Under the pieces are notes generated by a model. That model did no database searches and was not told the DNA's origin. It saw only the letters and a program-made list of their open reading frames with translations. A program made the translations under genes and the position numbers. Positions 25,419 through 37,146 of a DNA stretch of 49,560 bases are shown piece by piece; within the stretch, counting starts at the first letter, position 1, and each line of letters opens with the position of its first letter. Source of the DNA: Octopus bimaculoides (Eukaryota); contig NC_068987.1 of NCBI RefSeq assembly GCF_001194135.2, positions 58,293,153 through 58,342,712 on the forward strand. The letters are read 5' to 3'.

Positions 25419-26207
25419 ATGTAAAGTAACACAAAGTGGTGAGTAATTCCAAAACTGACCAGGAGCACANNNNNNNNNNNNNNNNNNNNNNNNNNNNNNN
25501 NNNNNNNNNNNNNNNNNNNNNNNNNNNNNNNNNNNNNNNNNNNNNNNNNNNNNNNNNNNNNNNNNNNNNNNNNNNNNNNNNNNNNNNNNNNNNNNNNNNN
25601 NNNNNNNNNNNNNNNNNNNNNNNNNNNNNNNNNNNNNNNNNNNNNNNNNNNNNNNNNNNNNNNNNNNNNNNNNNNNNNNNNNNNNNNNNNNNNNNNNNNN
25701 NNNNNNNNNNNNNNNNNNNNNNNNNNNNNNNNNNNNNNNNNNNNNNNNNNNNNNNNNNNNNNNNNNNNNNNNNNNNNNNNNNNNNNNNNNNNNNNNNNNN
25801 NNNNNNNNNNNNNNNNNNNNNNNNNNNNNNNNNNNNNNNNNNNNNNNNNNNNNNNNNNNNNNNNNNNNNNNNNNNNNNNNNNNNNNNNNNNNNNNNNNNN
25901 NNNNNNNNNNNNNNNNNNNNNNNNNNNNNNNNNNNNNNNNNNNNNNNNNNNNNNNNNNNNNNNNNNNNNNNNNNNNNNNNNNNNNNNNNNNNNNNNNNNN
26001 NNNNNNNNNNNNNNNNNNNNNNNNNNNNNNNNNNNNNNNNNNNNNNNNNNNNNNNNNNNNNNNNNNNNNNNNNNNNNNNNNNNNNNNNNNNNNNNNNNNN
26101 NNNNNNNNNNNNNNNNNNNNNNNNNNNNNNNNNNNNNNNNNNNNNNNNNNNNNNNNNNNNNNNNNNNNNNNNNNNNNNNNNNNNNNNNNNNNNNNNNNNN
26201 NNNNNNN

Positions 26208-26250
<43 letters not shown>

Positions 26251-26737
26251 ATATGTTTGTGTGTCTGTGTTTGTTCCCCCAACATCGCTTGACAACCGAT
26301 GGTGGTGTGCTTGCATCCACGTAACTTAGCAGTTCGGCAAAAGAGACCGATAGAATAAGTACTAGGCTTACAAAGAATAAGTCCTCGTGTTGATTTGCTC
26401 GACTAAAGGCGGTGCTCCAGCATGGCTGCAGTCAAATGACTGAAACAGGTAAAAGAGTGATTTGCCATTTCAATATAGAAAATAATGAAGTAATAAAGCA
26501 GCATGTTCAATACACAAAAGCTAATGATATTCTGTTGTGTATTTCAGTTCCCTTGTGTTTTTCAGTTCACTTAGTCACTTAGAAGAGGTAACAAATTATC
26601 TGGGAATGCTATCTATGATACACATCCAAGAGAATATTTATCTCTCCTTTCCATTATCTACTTTCAAGTTCCAAGATTAACATTAAAACACTGAAATGCA
26701 TATATATATATATATATATATGTATGTGCATGAGAAT

Positions 26738-27790
26738 CATCATCGTTGTCGTTGTCATTTAATGTCCGCTTTCCATGCTGGCATGAGTTGGACGGTTTGA
26801 GTGAGGGCTGGCAAGCTAGAAGGCTGCACAAGGCTCCAATCCTATCTGGCAATATTTCTACAGCTGGATGCCCTTCCTAACACCAACCACTCTGAAAGTG
26901 TAGTGAGTGCTTTTTACATGCCACCAGCATGAGGGCCAGTCAGGCGGTACTGGCATCAGCCACGCTTGAATAGTGCTTTTTATATGCCACCAGCATTGGA
27001 GCCAAGCAGGCGACACTGGCATCGACCATGCTCAAATGATGCTTTTTAGAGAAACAAAACGCATCATCATCATCATCATCATCATCATCGTCGTCGTCGT
27101 CGTTTAACGTCCGCTTTCCATGCTAGCATGGGTTGGACGATTTGACTGAGGACTGGTGGACCAGGAGGCGGCACCAGGCTCCAATCTGATTTGGCAGAGT
27201 TTCTACACCTGGATTCCCTTCCTAATGCCAACCACTCCGAGAGTGTAGTGGGTGCTTTTACGTGCCACCGGCACAAGGGCCAGTCAGGCGGGTACTGGCG
27301 ACAGCCACGNNNNNNNNNNNNNNNNNNNNNNNNNNNNNNNNNNNNNNNNNNNNNNNNNNNNNNNNNNNNNNNNNNNNNNNNNNNNNNNNNNNNNNNNNNN
27401 NNNNNNNNNNNNNNNNNNNNNNNNNNNNNNNNNNNNNNNNNNNNNNNNNNNNNNNNNNNNNNNNNNNNNNNNNNNNNNNNNNNNNNNNNNNNNNNNNNNN
27501 NNNNNNNNNNNNNNNNNNNNNNNNNNGGTGTATTTTACGTGTCACCTGCACAGGAGCCAGTCCATCGGCACTGGCAATGATCTCACTCGAATGTCTTTTC
27601 ACGTACCACTGGCACAAGTGCCAGGAAGGCAACGTTGGTAACGATCACGCTGGTGCTGTTTACGTGCTACCAACACGGAAGCCAGACAGCTGCTCTGGCA
27701 ACGTTCACGCTCGGACGGTGCTCTTAGTGCTCCACTGGTACAGGTGCCATCACGATTTCACTTTCGCTTGCCCCAACAGGTCTTAACTGA
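26738..27790 (-). mobile_element. Two tandem RTE 3' tails (26738-27050; 27061-27790 with a gap)
   Basis: (CAT)n-CGTTTAACGTCCGCTTTCCATGCTAGCATGGG...GGATGCCCTTCCTAA consensus with repeated GTGCTTTTACGTGCCACC units. Confidence 0.85.
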
Positions 27791-28031
27791 ATCAATTTTT
27801 TTCCCTGATGAGAAGATTGCATTGTTTTGCATCATTTTATTCCTGGCACAGTGATGATCTATATATATTTATAGTGCATGCTGGTTGCTAAAGAGGCTGT
27901 TAGCTGGTGACAAAGACTATTAGTGATAGAGACAAACTAAGAAAGACTTAGAAAGAAATAGTTGGATCAAATCCAATTAAAAGCAACAGAAAAAAATGCA
28001 TGTTAATTGATGTTAATTGACAATAATTCAC

Positions 28032-28151
28032 CTTGAACTGTGTCGGATGATTAAGTTCTGACTGTAAGGCCTCCAGCTGAGCACGGAATTGTTCTTCAGT
28101 ATCTTGCATGGCTACACCTAGTTTTCGGTAAACTTCTTGCTTGACAATAAC
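28032..28151 (-). CDS. NUP54: Nup54 exon (coiled coil)
   Basis: Acceptor acacaacag, donor gtgaat. 120 bp reading VIVKQEVYRKLGVAMQDTEEQFRAQLEALQSELNHPTQFK. Confidence 0.96.
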
Positions 28152-28692
28152 CTGTTGTGTTAAAAAAGAAAAAAATACAATGCAGAATGGCAGATTCATT
28201 GTAGAATCAAAGCAAATGCCTTGTGGTATTTGTTTTGGCTTTTAATGCTGTGAGTTCAAATCCTTCTGGCATCAGATTTGACTTTCATCCTTTTGGAGCC
28301 AATAAAACAGAATATCAGTCAAGTAATGAATTTGATGAGATTGACTAATTCTCTTCCCCCAAGGTTGCTAGCTACATGTCTAAATTAGAAATCATTGTCA
28401 TCATCATTATTATTATTGTTGTTGTTGGTAGGGTGGCGCGCTGGCACAATCATTAGCATGCCAGGCAAAATGCTTAGTGGCATTTCATCCGTCTTTATGT
28501 TTTAAGTTCAAATTCTGCCGTGGTTGACTTTGCCTTTCATCCTTTTGGGATCAATAAAATATGTTAAACACTGGGGTTGATGTAAATGACTTGCCCACTC
28601 CCAAGAACTTACTACCATTATTATTATTATCATCATTACTGGTGAGCTGCCAGAATCATTACTGCATCACAAAAAAATATTTAGGGGCATTA

Positions 28693-28842
28693 GTTGGCGT
28701 TAGGAAGGGCATCCAGCTGTAGAAACTCTGCCAAATCAGACTGGAGCCTGGTGTTGCCATCCGGTTTCACCAGTCCTCAGTCAAATCGTCCAACCCATGC
28801 TAGCATGGAAAGCGGACGTTAAACGATGATGATGATGATGAT
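28693..28842 (+). mobile_element. Young RTE 3' tail inserted in a SINE cluster
   Basis: GTTGGCGTTAGGAAGGGCATCCAGC...GGACGTTAAACGATGATGATG. Confidence 0.9.
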
Positions 28843-29866
28843 TTCTTCCAGCACTTTACATTCGGAGTTCAGATTCCAATGTGGTCAACTTTACCTTTCA
28901 AGGTTGATAAAATAAGCACTAGTTGAGCACTGGGGTCAATGTAATTGACTTCACCCTCGTCCTAAAAATTACTGAACTTGTGCCAAAATTAATGATGATG
29001 ATGATGATGACGACAATGACAATGAAGATGAAAGTTTTTATTATTTCAATAACTTTTATGTATACTTTAACATGCTTGCAGAATTGGATGAATTTTCACA
29101 AGAACAGCATCTTTTTTGGTAATTTTTGTGAGATTTAGCTTTTACCACTTCTTCCTAAGTCACCTTGGTTTTTTTCTACTATAAGTTGTTGCTTCCACTT
29201 AGCTTTCCTGGGACTTCTTAACACAATATCTCATCCTCCAAACGCAACACATATCCAAACTAACTTAGTCAGCCCTCTTACACACAAAACTTGTTTCTTC
29301 TTATAATCATCTACCTTGTCCTTACCCTAGCAGCTATGCTTTTGAAGAACACCTTCCCTAACTACTAATTTGGTCACCTAGATTTTGGAAGTTATCTATT
29401 ATTTCTAAGAAGCTCTCCAAGCATTTGAAAGAATATATTTTATGGGTGATCTTATTGCTAATTATTCTAGTGCATCAGCTATATATGAAGTTCCCTTTTT
29501 TTATCAGCCTACTGATAATAATACAACCTTATTTTTTCTAGAAATTTCCTTAAAGTTCATGTTAGGTCCTATACAATTCCATCTTAATTTAATCTAGAGC
29601 AGTTAAACACTTAGTTCTTTCATGACAACAAATGAGAAACATTAATAACTAATCTAGTCAATAGTTATAGTTCTCAAGGTGGTGAGCTGGCAGAATTAGC
29701 ACACTGGGCAAATTGCTAAGCAGCATTTCATCCATCTTTATGTTGAGTTCAAATTGCCTTTGCATTTCATCCCTTCGAGGGTCAATAAAATAAGTTCCAA
29801 TAAAGTAGGAACACTGGGGTCGGTATGACTTATTCCTTCACTCAAAACTGCTGACATTGTGCAAAA

Positions 29867-30027
29867 ATCATCATCATCATCATCGTTTAACGTCCGCTTT
29901 CCATGCTAGCATGGGTTGTACGATTTGACTGAGGACTGGTGAAACCAGATGGCTACACCAGGCTCCAATCTGATTTGGCAGAGTTTCTACAGCTGGATGC
30001 CCTTCCTAACGCCAACCACTCCGAGAG
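29867..30027 (-). mobile_element. Young RTE 3' tail
   Basis: Near-identical reverse complement of 28693-28842. Confidence 0.9.
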
Positions 30028-30058
30028 GGCAAAAATGGTTCTTATATTTCAAAATATT

Positions 30059-31246
30059 TATGAGATAGCATTAAAAAGTTCCCAGACTAGTTCTGTAGTG
30101 CACCAACAGATGATAGCACACGGTTGCATGTGCAGTGAGAGATAGCAGTGACTTTCATGAGGCAGAGTACCAAATGACATCACTGTTTACTTTGCAAGTT
30201 GTGAAATTTGTGTTTTTGTGATCGCATGTATGTTGTAGTCTGTGATTTTTGTCTTAGACTGGAAGTTGGAACAAAGAGCCAAAGTGAAATATTTGAGAAG
30301 ACTTCTATAGAGACATTGAGCATGCTTCAGCAAGCTTACGGCGATGAGGCAATGGGTCATACACAATGTTTTCAGTGGCATGGGCACTTCAAAAGCGGAA
30401 GAACATCTCTGGAAGGCCGTCACAAGTATCACCCGCCGAAATGTGGAGACAATTCATTAGCTTGTACATGTGGATCATCAGAGGACAATCAATGACATTT
30501 TGAAGCATCTGAGGGGGGACATTTGACGAAAGCAACCAGATCTGTGGAGCATGATGAATTGGATTCTTCATGATGACAATGCACCCTGTCACTGAACTCT
30601 CCTCACTCAAGAGTTTCTTGCCAAGAGCAACATGGTATCGCGTCCACACCCACCCAATTTGCCAGACTCAGCACCTGCAGACTTCCATCTCTTCCCCAAA
30701 ATGGAAATGCAGTTCAAAGGTCCCTGTTTTAACACCATTGTCAAGATCAAGAGCAAATTGCAGAAGGTCCTCGACTCGCCTACGAAAAATGACTTCCAAA
30801 CCGGATACCAAAAGTGACAGGAACTGGGACCAGTGTATTGCTGCGTAAGGTGACAATTTTGAAAGAGATGATGTCAAAAACTTTGGTAAGTTCATCATCA
30901 TCATCGTTTAACGTCTGCTTTCTATGCTAGCATGAGTTGGACGATTTGACTGAGGAGTGGTGGACCAGGAGGCGACACCAGGCTCCAATCTGATTTGGCA
31001 GAGTTTCGACAGCTGGATGCCCTTCCTAATGCCAACCACTCCAAGAGTGTAGTGGGTGTTTTACGTGCCACCGGCATGAGGGCCAGTCAGGCGGTACTGG
31101 CAACGGCCACGCTCGAAATGGTGTATTTTACGTGCCACCTGCACAGGAGCCAGTCTATTGGCACTGGTAATGATCTCACTCGAATGTCTTTTCAGATATT
31201 TTTATTAAACATAACCAGTCTGAGACCTTTTCAATACCACCTCATA
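30059..31246 (+). mobile_element. Mariner (Tc1/mariner) DNA transposon, internally deleted, with a nested RTE tail
   Basis: 33-bp imperfect TIRs: TATGAGATAGCATTAAAAAGTTCCCAGACTAGT (30059-30091) and the reverse complement of 31214-31246. Transposase pieces ETLSMLQQAYGDEAMGHTQCFQWHGHFKSGRTSLE and HDDNAPCH...PHPPNLPDSAPADFHLFPKM. Confidence 0.9.
30893..31194 (-). mobile_element. RTE 3' tail nested in the mariner
   Basis: Same consensus; interrupts the mariner between the transposase end and the right TIR. Confidence 0.88.
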
Positions 31247-31279
31247 TGTATCTCAATGTTATTTGTTTCTGTTAATTTT

Positions 31280-32170
31280 CGTTGACTGAGACTGAAAGGC
31301 AGATTGTATGATGCCTGGGTCCAATCAGCTATGCTACATAGCAGTGAAACATGGGCTGTGATAGCCGATGACATGCACAGGCTTGAAAGAAATGAAGCCA
31401 GTATACTTCGTTGGATGTGCAATGTCAGTGTGCATGTTGGACAGAGTGTAAGCATCTTGAGAGAAAAGTTGGGCATAAGAGGCATCAGATGTGGTATGCA
31501 AGAGAGACAACTGCGCCGGTATGGTCATGTGATGCGTATGGACAAGGACAACTGTGTAAAGAAGTGCTGATCTCTAACTGTGAAGAGAACCTGTGCTAGA
31601 GGTAGACTCAGGAAGACATGGGATGAGGGGGCAAAGCATGATCTTCGAACGTTGGGCCTCACGGAAGCAATGACTTGTAACTGAGACCTTTGGTGATATG
31701 CTGTGCTTGAGAAGACCCATCAAGCCAAGTGAAATCATAGCCATGGCCAATGCTGGTGGCATGTAAAAAGCATCTTTTGAGCATTGGGCCTCATGGAGGT
31801 GAAGTGACCGACACTGGTGGCATGCGAAAAGCACCTTTCGAATGTTGGGCCTCACAGAGGCAATGATGAATGACCGAGACCTTTGGCATTATGTCGTGCT
31901 TGAGAAGAAGACTCATCAAGCCAAGTAAGATTGCAGCTGCGACAGATACTGGTATCACGCAAATGGAACCCATGCCAGTGGCACATAAAAGCACCCATTA
32001 CATTCTCGGAATGGTTGGCATTAGGAAGGGCATCCAGCCATAGAGATCCTGCCAAGTTAGACTGGAGTCTGGTACAGCCTCCCAGCTTGCCAGCCTTGGT
32101 CAAACTGTCCAACTCATGCCAGCATGGACAACAGACATTAAATGATGATGATTACGATGATGATGATGAC
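31280..32170 (+). mobile_element. 5'-truncated RTE LINE (ORF C-terminus, 3' UTR, (GAT)n tail)
   Basis: LRLKGRLYDAWVQSAMLHSSETWAV...RRYGHVMRMDKDNCVKKC, followed by a UTR with TTGGCATTAGGAAGGGCATCCAGC. This shows the many short copies in the window are tails of this LINE family. Confidence 0.9.
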
Positions 32171-32206
32171 TGCTCCAATATGTTTCTCAAGTTCTGCATT
32201 ATTTCA

Positions 32207-32350
32207 TCATCATCATCGTCATTTAACGTCCGCTTTCAATGCTAGCATGGGTTGGACGATTTGTCTGAGGACTGGTGAAACCAGATGGCTACACCAGGCT
32301 CCAATCTGATTTGGCAGAGTTTCTACAGCTGGATGCCCTTCCTAACGCCA
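32207..32350 (-). mobile_element. RTE 3' tail
   Basis: Same consensus; tail-to-tail with the 31280-32170 copy. Confidence 0.88.
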
Positions 32351-32854
32351 AGTGTCTTTATTCAGTATAGTTCCTGGGGCTTTATGATGTCTAGGGACAT
32401 GAGCTGTCCTTACTTCTAATAACCAGAATTCATATATCCTCTTCATTTCAAAGCCTAAATCTTGCTAATCTTTAAAATCACACTTTATATACAAACACTG
32501 AAGAGAGAATCCCTTTTTGTTGCAAACAGAGCTCATTGGTCCCTGAACTTTTCCACTCTATTCTTATTTAGGCTACTATGCTTTTGGAGCATCATCTTCT
32601 TCTGCAAATTAGGTCACTTAACTAACAGAAACTAAGAACTATTTCTATGAAGCCATCCAAGCTTAGGAAAAAGGAATTACTTTCTCCTTCAGATGGCTGT
32701 CTCTTTGTGTCCTGTTGTGTAAATATCAATGGCTTCTAGAAGACTTTTCTGTACTTGCCTGGATTGTAATATCTTCCTGATAATTTATATGAATAATTGT
32801 CCCCTCAGGTTCATTGTTTAATTTCAGCCCCTCCCTATCATTGCTGTTGTTTTT

Positions 32855-33900
32855 GCAGAGGTATTAAACTGTTAGATCATGTTACTAAAGTTACTGAAAG
32901 AAATATAGTATGACTGATTAGGATGAGAATTAACAAAGAAGCAATGCAATTTTGTTTTCTGTAAAGAAGTACCACTAATGCCGTTTTCCTAATGAAACAG
33001 CTACAGAAGCATCTATCCAAGAGAATTCCCCTATACTTAGAGTTTGTTGACCAAAAGGAAGCTTGTGACAGAATTTTATACTCAGTAATCTGGTGGTCAC
33101 TGAGGAAGCTTGGAATATTGGATAACTGACTTATGAGAGATGCACGAGCCATGTACAAAATTTAATTCAATAAAGTTTGAGTTAGTTATAAGTATAGCAA
33201 TGAATTTACAAAGAAGGGAGGAGTAGAAGACTCAGTCTTCAGTCCCCTTCTGTTCATTATAGTTTTCTAAGCCATAAAAGGAGACTGTTATGACTGGCTA
33301 CTTGTAGGAACTCCTCTGTGCAAATGATTTAGATCTTACAGCAGAATCAGTAACAGGATTAAAACAGAAACTCCAGACATAAAAACAAAACCTAAAATTA
33401 AGAGGCCTAAAAGTAAACATAGCAAACACTAAATTATTAATAAGTATGAGAAAAGGCAATATCCTGATGCCATCAGGAAAATGGCCATATAGTAAAGGAG
33501 TAAATAAAAATTCTATATACTGTCTCCAATGTAAACTATGGGCACACAAGAGGTGTAAAAGGATCACTGGCAGGCTAACAAAAAAGATTTCACAAGAGAC
33601 AAGTACACTGGGATAAAAAATACTAAAAGTACATATGATATAGGATCTCTCTCTCCAATACCCAAGAAGCTTTCTAGAAGTAAGCTTGATAGCTTTAATG
33701 CATGGGAAATATGGGTATTCAGAAGCAAAGTGATCAGATTAAGAACTGGTTTGAAAAAGTTCAAGGAATTATTACTTCTGCTGGCCTCAAAGAGCTTTTC
33801 TTTCAGAGTGAATAGCAGATTGTATGATACATGTGTACAAAGTGTAATACTGCATGATAATAAGATGTAGTGAAGGCAGAGGATTTGCATAAAACTAGAA
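32855..33900 (+). mobile_element. Old degenerate RTE reverse-transcriptase relic
   Basis: RGIKLLDHVTKVTER and STTNAVFLMKQLQKHLSKRIPLYLEFVDQKEACDRI resemble RTE RT motifs; many stops. Confidence 0.7.
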
Positions 33901-34282
33901 AGAAATGAAGTAAGCATACTCCACTGGGAGTGTAATACTAGTGTGCATGAACAACAGAGTACAAAGAAGCTCAGAGAAAAACTGAACATAAGAGAAATCA
34001 GAAATAGGATGCAAAAGAAATAACTGCTTTAGATGGACATGTGATGTGTATGAAAAAGTCCAGTCATATAAAAAGTGTTGCATGCTCAAAGTGAATGCAC
34101 TTGAGTCAGAGGGCGATGAAAGACTTGGTGAAGACAGACCAGAAGTTGTTCCAACTTAATAGAGGAAATGGCAAAGAATTGGGAATAAAGTGCATGACAG
34201 AAACCATTGCCTTCCAGGCAAAGTGAAAATATTAAAATTTTGCATTGTTGGATATATGTATATATGGTTGTATATATATATA

Positions 34283-35455
34283 TCATCATCATCATCATCG
34301 TTTAACGTCCGCTTTCCATGCTAGCATGGGTTGGACGATTTGACTGAGGACTGGTGAAACCGGATGGCAACACCAGGCTCCAGTCTGATTTGGCAGAGTT
34401 TCTACAGCTGGATGCCCTTCCTAACGCCAACCACTCAGAGAGTGTAGTGGGTGCTTTTACGTGTCACCCGCACGAAAACGGCCACGCTCGAAATGGTGTC
34501 TTTTATGNNNNNNNNNNNNNNNNNNNNNNNNNNNNNNNNNNNNNNNNNNNNNNNNNNNNNNNNNNNNNNNNNNNNNNNNNNNNNNNNNNNNNNNNNNNNN
34601 NNNNNNNNNNNNNNNNNNNNNNNNNNNNNNNNNNNNNNNNNNNNNNNNNNNNNNNNNNNNNNNNNNNNNNNNNNNNNNNNNNNNNNNNNNNNNNNNNNNN
34701 NNNNNNNNNNNNNNNNNNNNNNNNNNNNNNNNNNNNNNNNNNNNNNNNNNNNNNNNNNNNNNNNNNNNNNNNNNNNNNNNNNNNNNNNNNNNNNNNNNNN
34801 NNNNNNNNNNNNNNNNNNNNNNNNNNNNNNNNNNNNNNNNNNNNNNNNNNNNNNNNNNNNNNNNNNNNNNNNNNNNNNNNNNNNNNNNNNNNNNNNNNNN
34901 NNNNNNNNNNNNNNNNNNNNNNNNNNNNNNNNNNNNNNNNNNNNNNNNNNNNNNNNNNNNNNNNNNNNNNNNNNNNNNNNNNNNNNNNNNNNNNNNNNNN
35001 NNNNNNNNNNNNNNNNNNNNNNNNNNNNNNNNNNNNNNNNNCCTTGCGAGCTTACGTATGTCCTCAGCAGTTACAGCCCATGTTTCACTGCCATGTAGCA
35101 TGGTTGTTCGTACGCATGCGTCATACAGTCTGCCTTTTACTCTGAGTGAGAGTCCCTTTGTCGCCAGCAGGGGTAAGAGCTCTCTAAACTTTGCCCAGGC
35201 TATTCTTATTCTAGCAGCTACACTTTCAGCGCACCCACCCCCACTACTAACTTGGTCGCCCAGATAGCGGAAGCTATCGACTACCTCTAGTTTTTCACCC
35301 TGGAATGAGATAGAAGTTGTTTCCTGTTTGTTTGCAGTCTTTATTGCACCTGAACATCTGCCACAAACAAAAACTAACTTGCTAGTTAACCTGCCTTTGA
35401 TGTTGCTGCACCTCTTATGTGTCCATAGCTTGCACCGGGTACATCTTAACTTTAG
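34283..35455 (-). mobile_element. 5'-truncated RTE LINE (post-RT region plus 3' tail) spanning a gap
   Basis: Open CTRCKLWTHKRCS...LEVVDSFRYLGDQVSSGGGCAESVAARIRIAWAKFRELLPLL...LRVKGRLYDACVRTTMLHGSETW; tail ends in (GAT)n at about 34283. Confidence 0.9.
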
Positions 35456-36468
35456 GTACATGAACATATGAACATGCAAGCATCCATGTGTGTGTATAGG
35501 ACACACACAAATATATACATATCATTTAATGTTCATGTTCCATATTGGCATGAACTGGACAGTTCAACAAAGTCTGCCAGGTCTGAAGCCTGCATTGTAC
35601 TCCAGTGTCTGCTTTGGCATGGTTCCCACAGCTGGATGCCCTGAAAAGGCACTACCAAAAATTTCTCTATCAAGCACAATACACAAAGACTATCACAATC
35701 AAGGTTGCTTATGATATAGCCAGTGAGATTGTAGAGATGCTAGAGCAGATGTGACTATATGTGTACGAGAGATAAGTGGGAGGGGAAACACAGCCAGAGT
35801 CCTCACAAGCAAAGTACATCATCTTCATCTTTTTACATCTGCCTTTCCATGGGTTGGACAGGCTTCTATAGAACAGCATATTGCCAATTATTTAAAGTCC
35901 TTTCTCAGAAGCCTATCACATATATGTGATATGCAAAAGATATACACTTCACCATAGAAAAAAATAACTATCAGCGAACCAGTATATGAAGTAAAATAAA
36001 TTATGGCGTCTATCTTGCCAAGATTCAGAGATTATCATTCTCACCATTAGAAATGCAATAAACTAGTAAGTGACCATTGCAAAGCATTTTTTTCTTTTTT
36101 TAATGATCAGGTTCCAGCTTGGACCAAACAAATTGATTGCTGTGACCAGGATTTGAACCCAGGTTCAAATCCTGGGTTACCATGGCCACAATGTGGGGTC
36201 ATAACCACTAGACAATCGTGACTGGCAACAAAGCACAAACTTATAACCAACACAGTAATATGTTCAAAGTAAGATTGATATATAACAGGAATGGGTAACC
36301 CATTTTGAGAAGCGGACTGCATAAGACTTAAGATATGGCTCTTCATCAGGTGGGCCACACTACTAAAAAAAAAACCCAAGTAATTTTGCATTAGCATGAC
36401 ATTCAGAAAATCCTGTGGGCCACAAACTGCCCATGACTGATCTAAAATAAAATAACACACTTGCTTAC

Positions 36469-36576
36469 TTTTAGAAGGCGATGCCCCAAGTTAAGGTGTT
36501 TCCTTTTAGCTTCATCCATTCTGGCAACGGTATTACGGTGCTTCAACTGCAGCTCATTCAACTCTTGAGCAATCAA
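36469..36576 (-). CDS. NUP54: Nup54 exon (coiled coil; not in the ORF track)
   Basis: Acceptor ttttctttgtacacag, donor gtaagc. 108 bp reading LIAQELNELQLKHRNTVARMDEAKRKHLNLGHRLLK, cf. IISEDISELQKNQTTSVAKIAQYKRKLMDLSHRTLQ. Confidence 0.95.
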
Positions 36577-36751
36577 CTGTGTACAAAGAAAATATGTGAT
36601 TAGGATTCTGATAACCAACAATGAGAAACTGGTTAGGTAAAAGATGCAGATATAATATTAAATAAAAACTATTACAGAATACTGTTTGTTGTTGCATGCA
36701 GTACTTTACAGCTAAATTAATTTGTTTATAAGCCACATACTTAGCTAAGAA

Positions 36752-37146
36752 GAGGCGCAATGGCCCAGTGGTTAGGGCAGCGGACTCGCAGTCATAGGAT
36801 CGCGGTTTCGATTCCCAGACTGGGCGTTGTGAGTGTTTATTGAGTGAAAACACCTAAAAGCTCCACGAGACTCTGGCAGGGGATGGTGGCGAACCCTGCT
36901 GTACTCTTCCACCACTACTTTCTCTCACTCTTACTTCCTGTTTCTGTTGTGCCTGTAATTCAAAGGGTCAGCCTTGTCACACTGTGTCACGCTGAATATC
37001 CCTGAGAACTACGTTAAGGGTACACGTGTCTGTGGAGTGCTCAGCCACTTGCACGTTAATTTCACGAGCAGGCTGTTCCGTTGATCGGATCAACTGGAAC
37101 CCTCGACATCGTAAGCGACAGAGTGCCAACAACAACAAACAACAAC
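36752..37146 (+). mobile_element. Full-length tRNA-derived SINE with a 13-bp TSD
   Basis: Head GGCGCAATGGCCCAGTGGTTAGG...GGTTTCGATTCCCAG (A/B boxes), (AAC)n tail, TSD ACTTAGCTAAGAA at 36739-36751 and 37145-37157. Confidence 0.92.
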
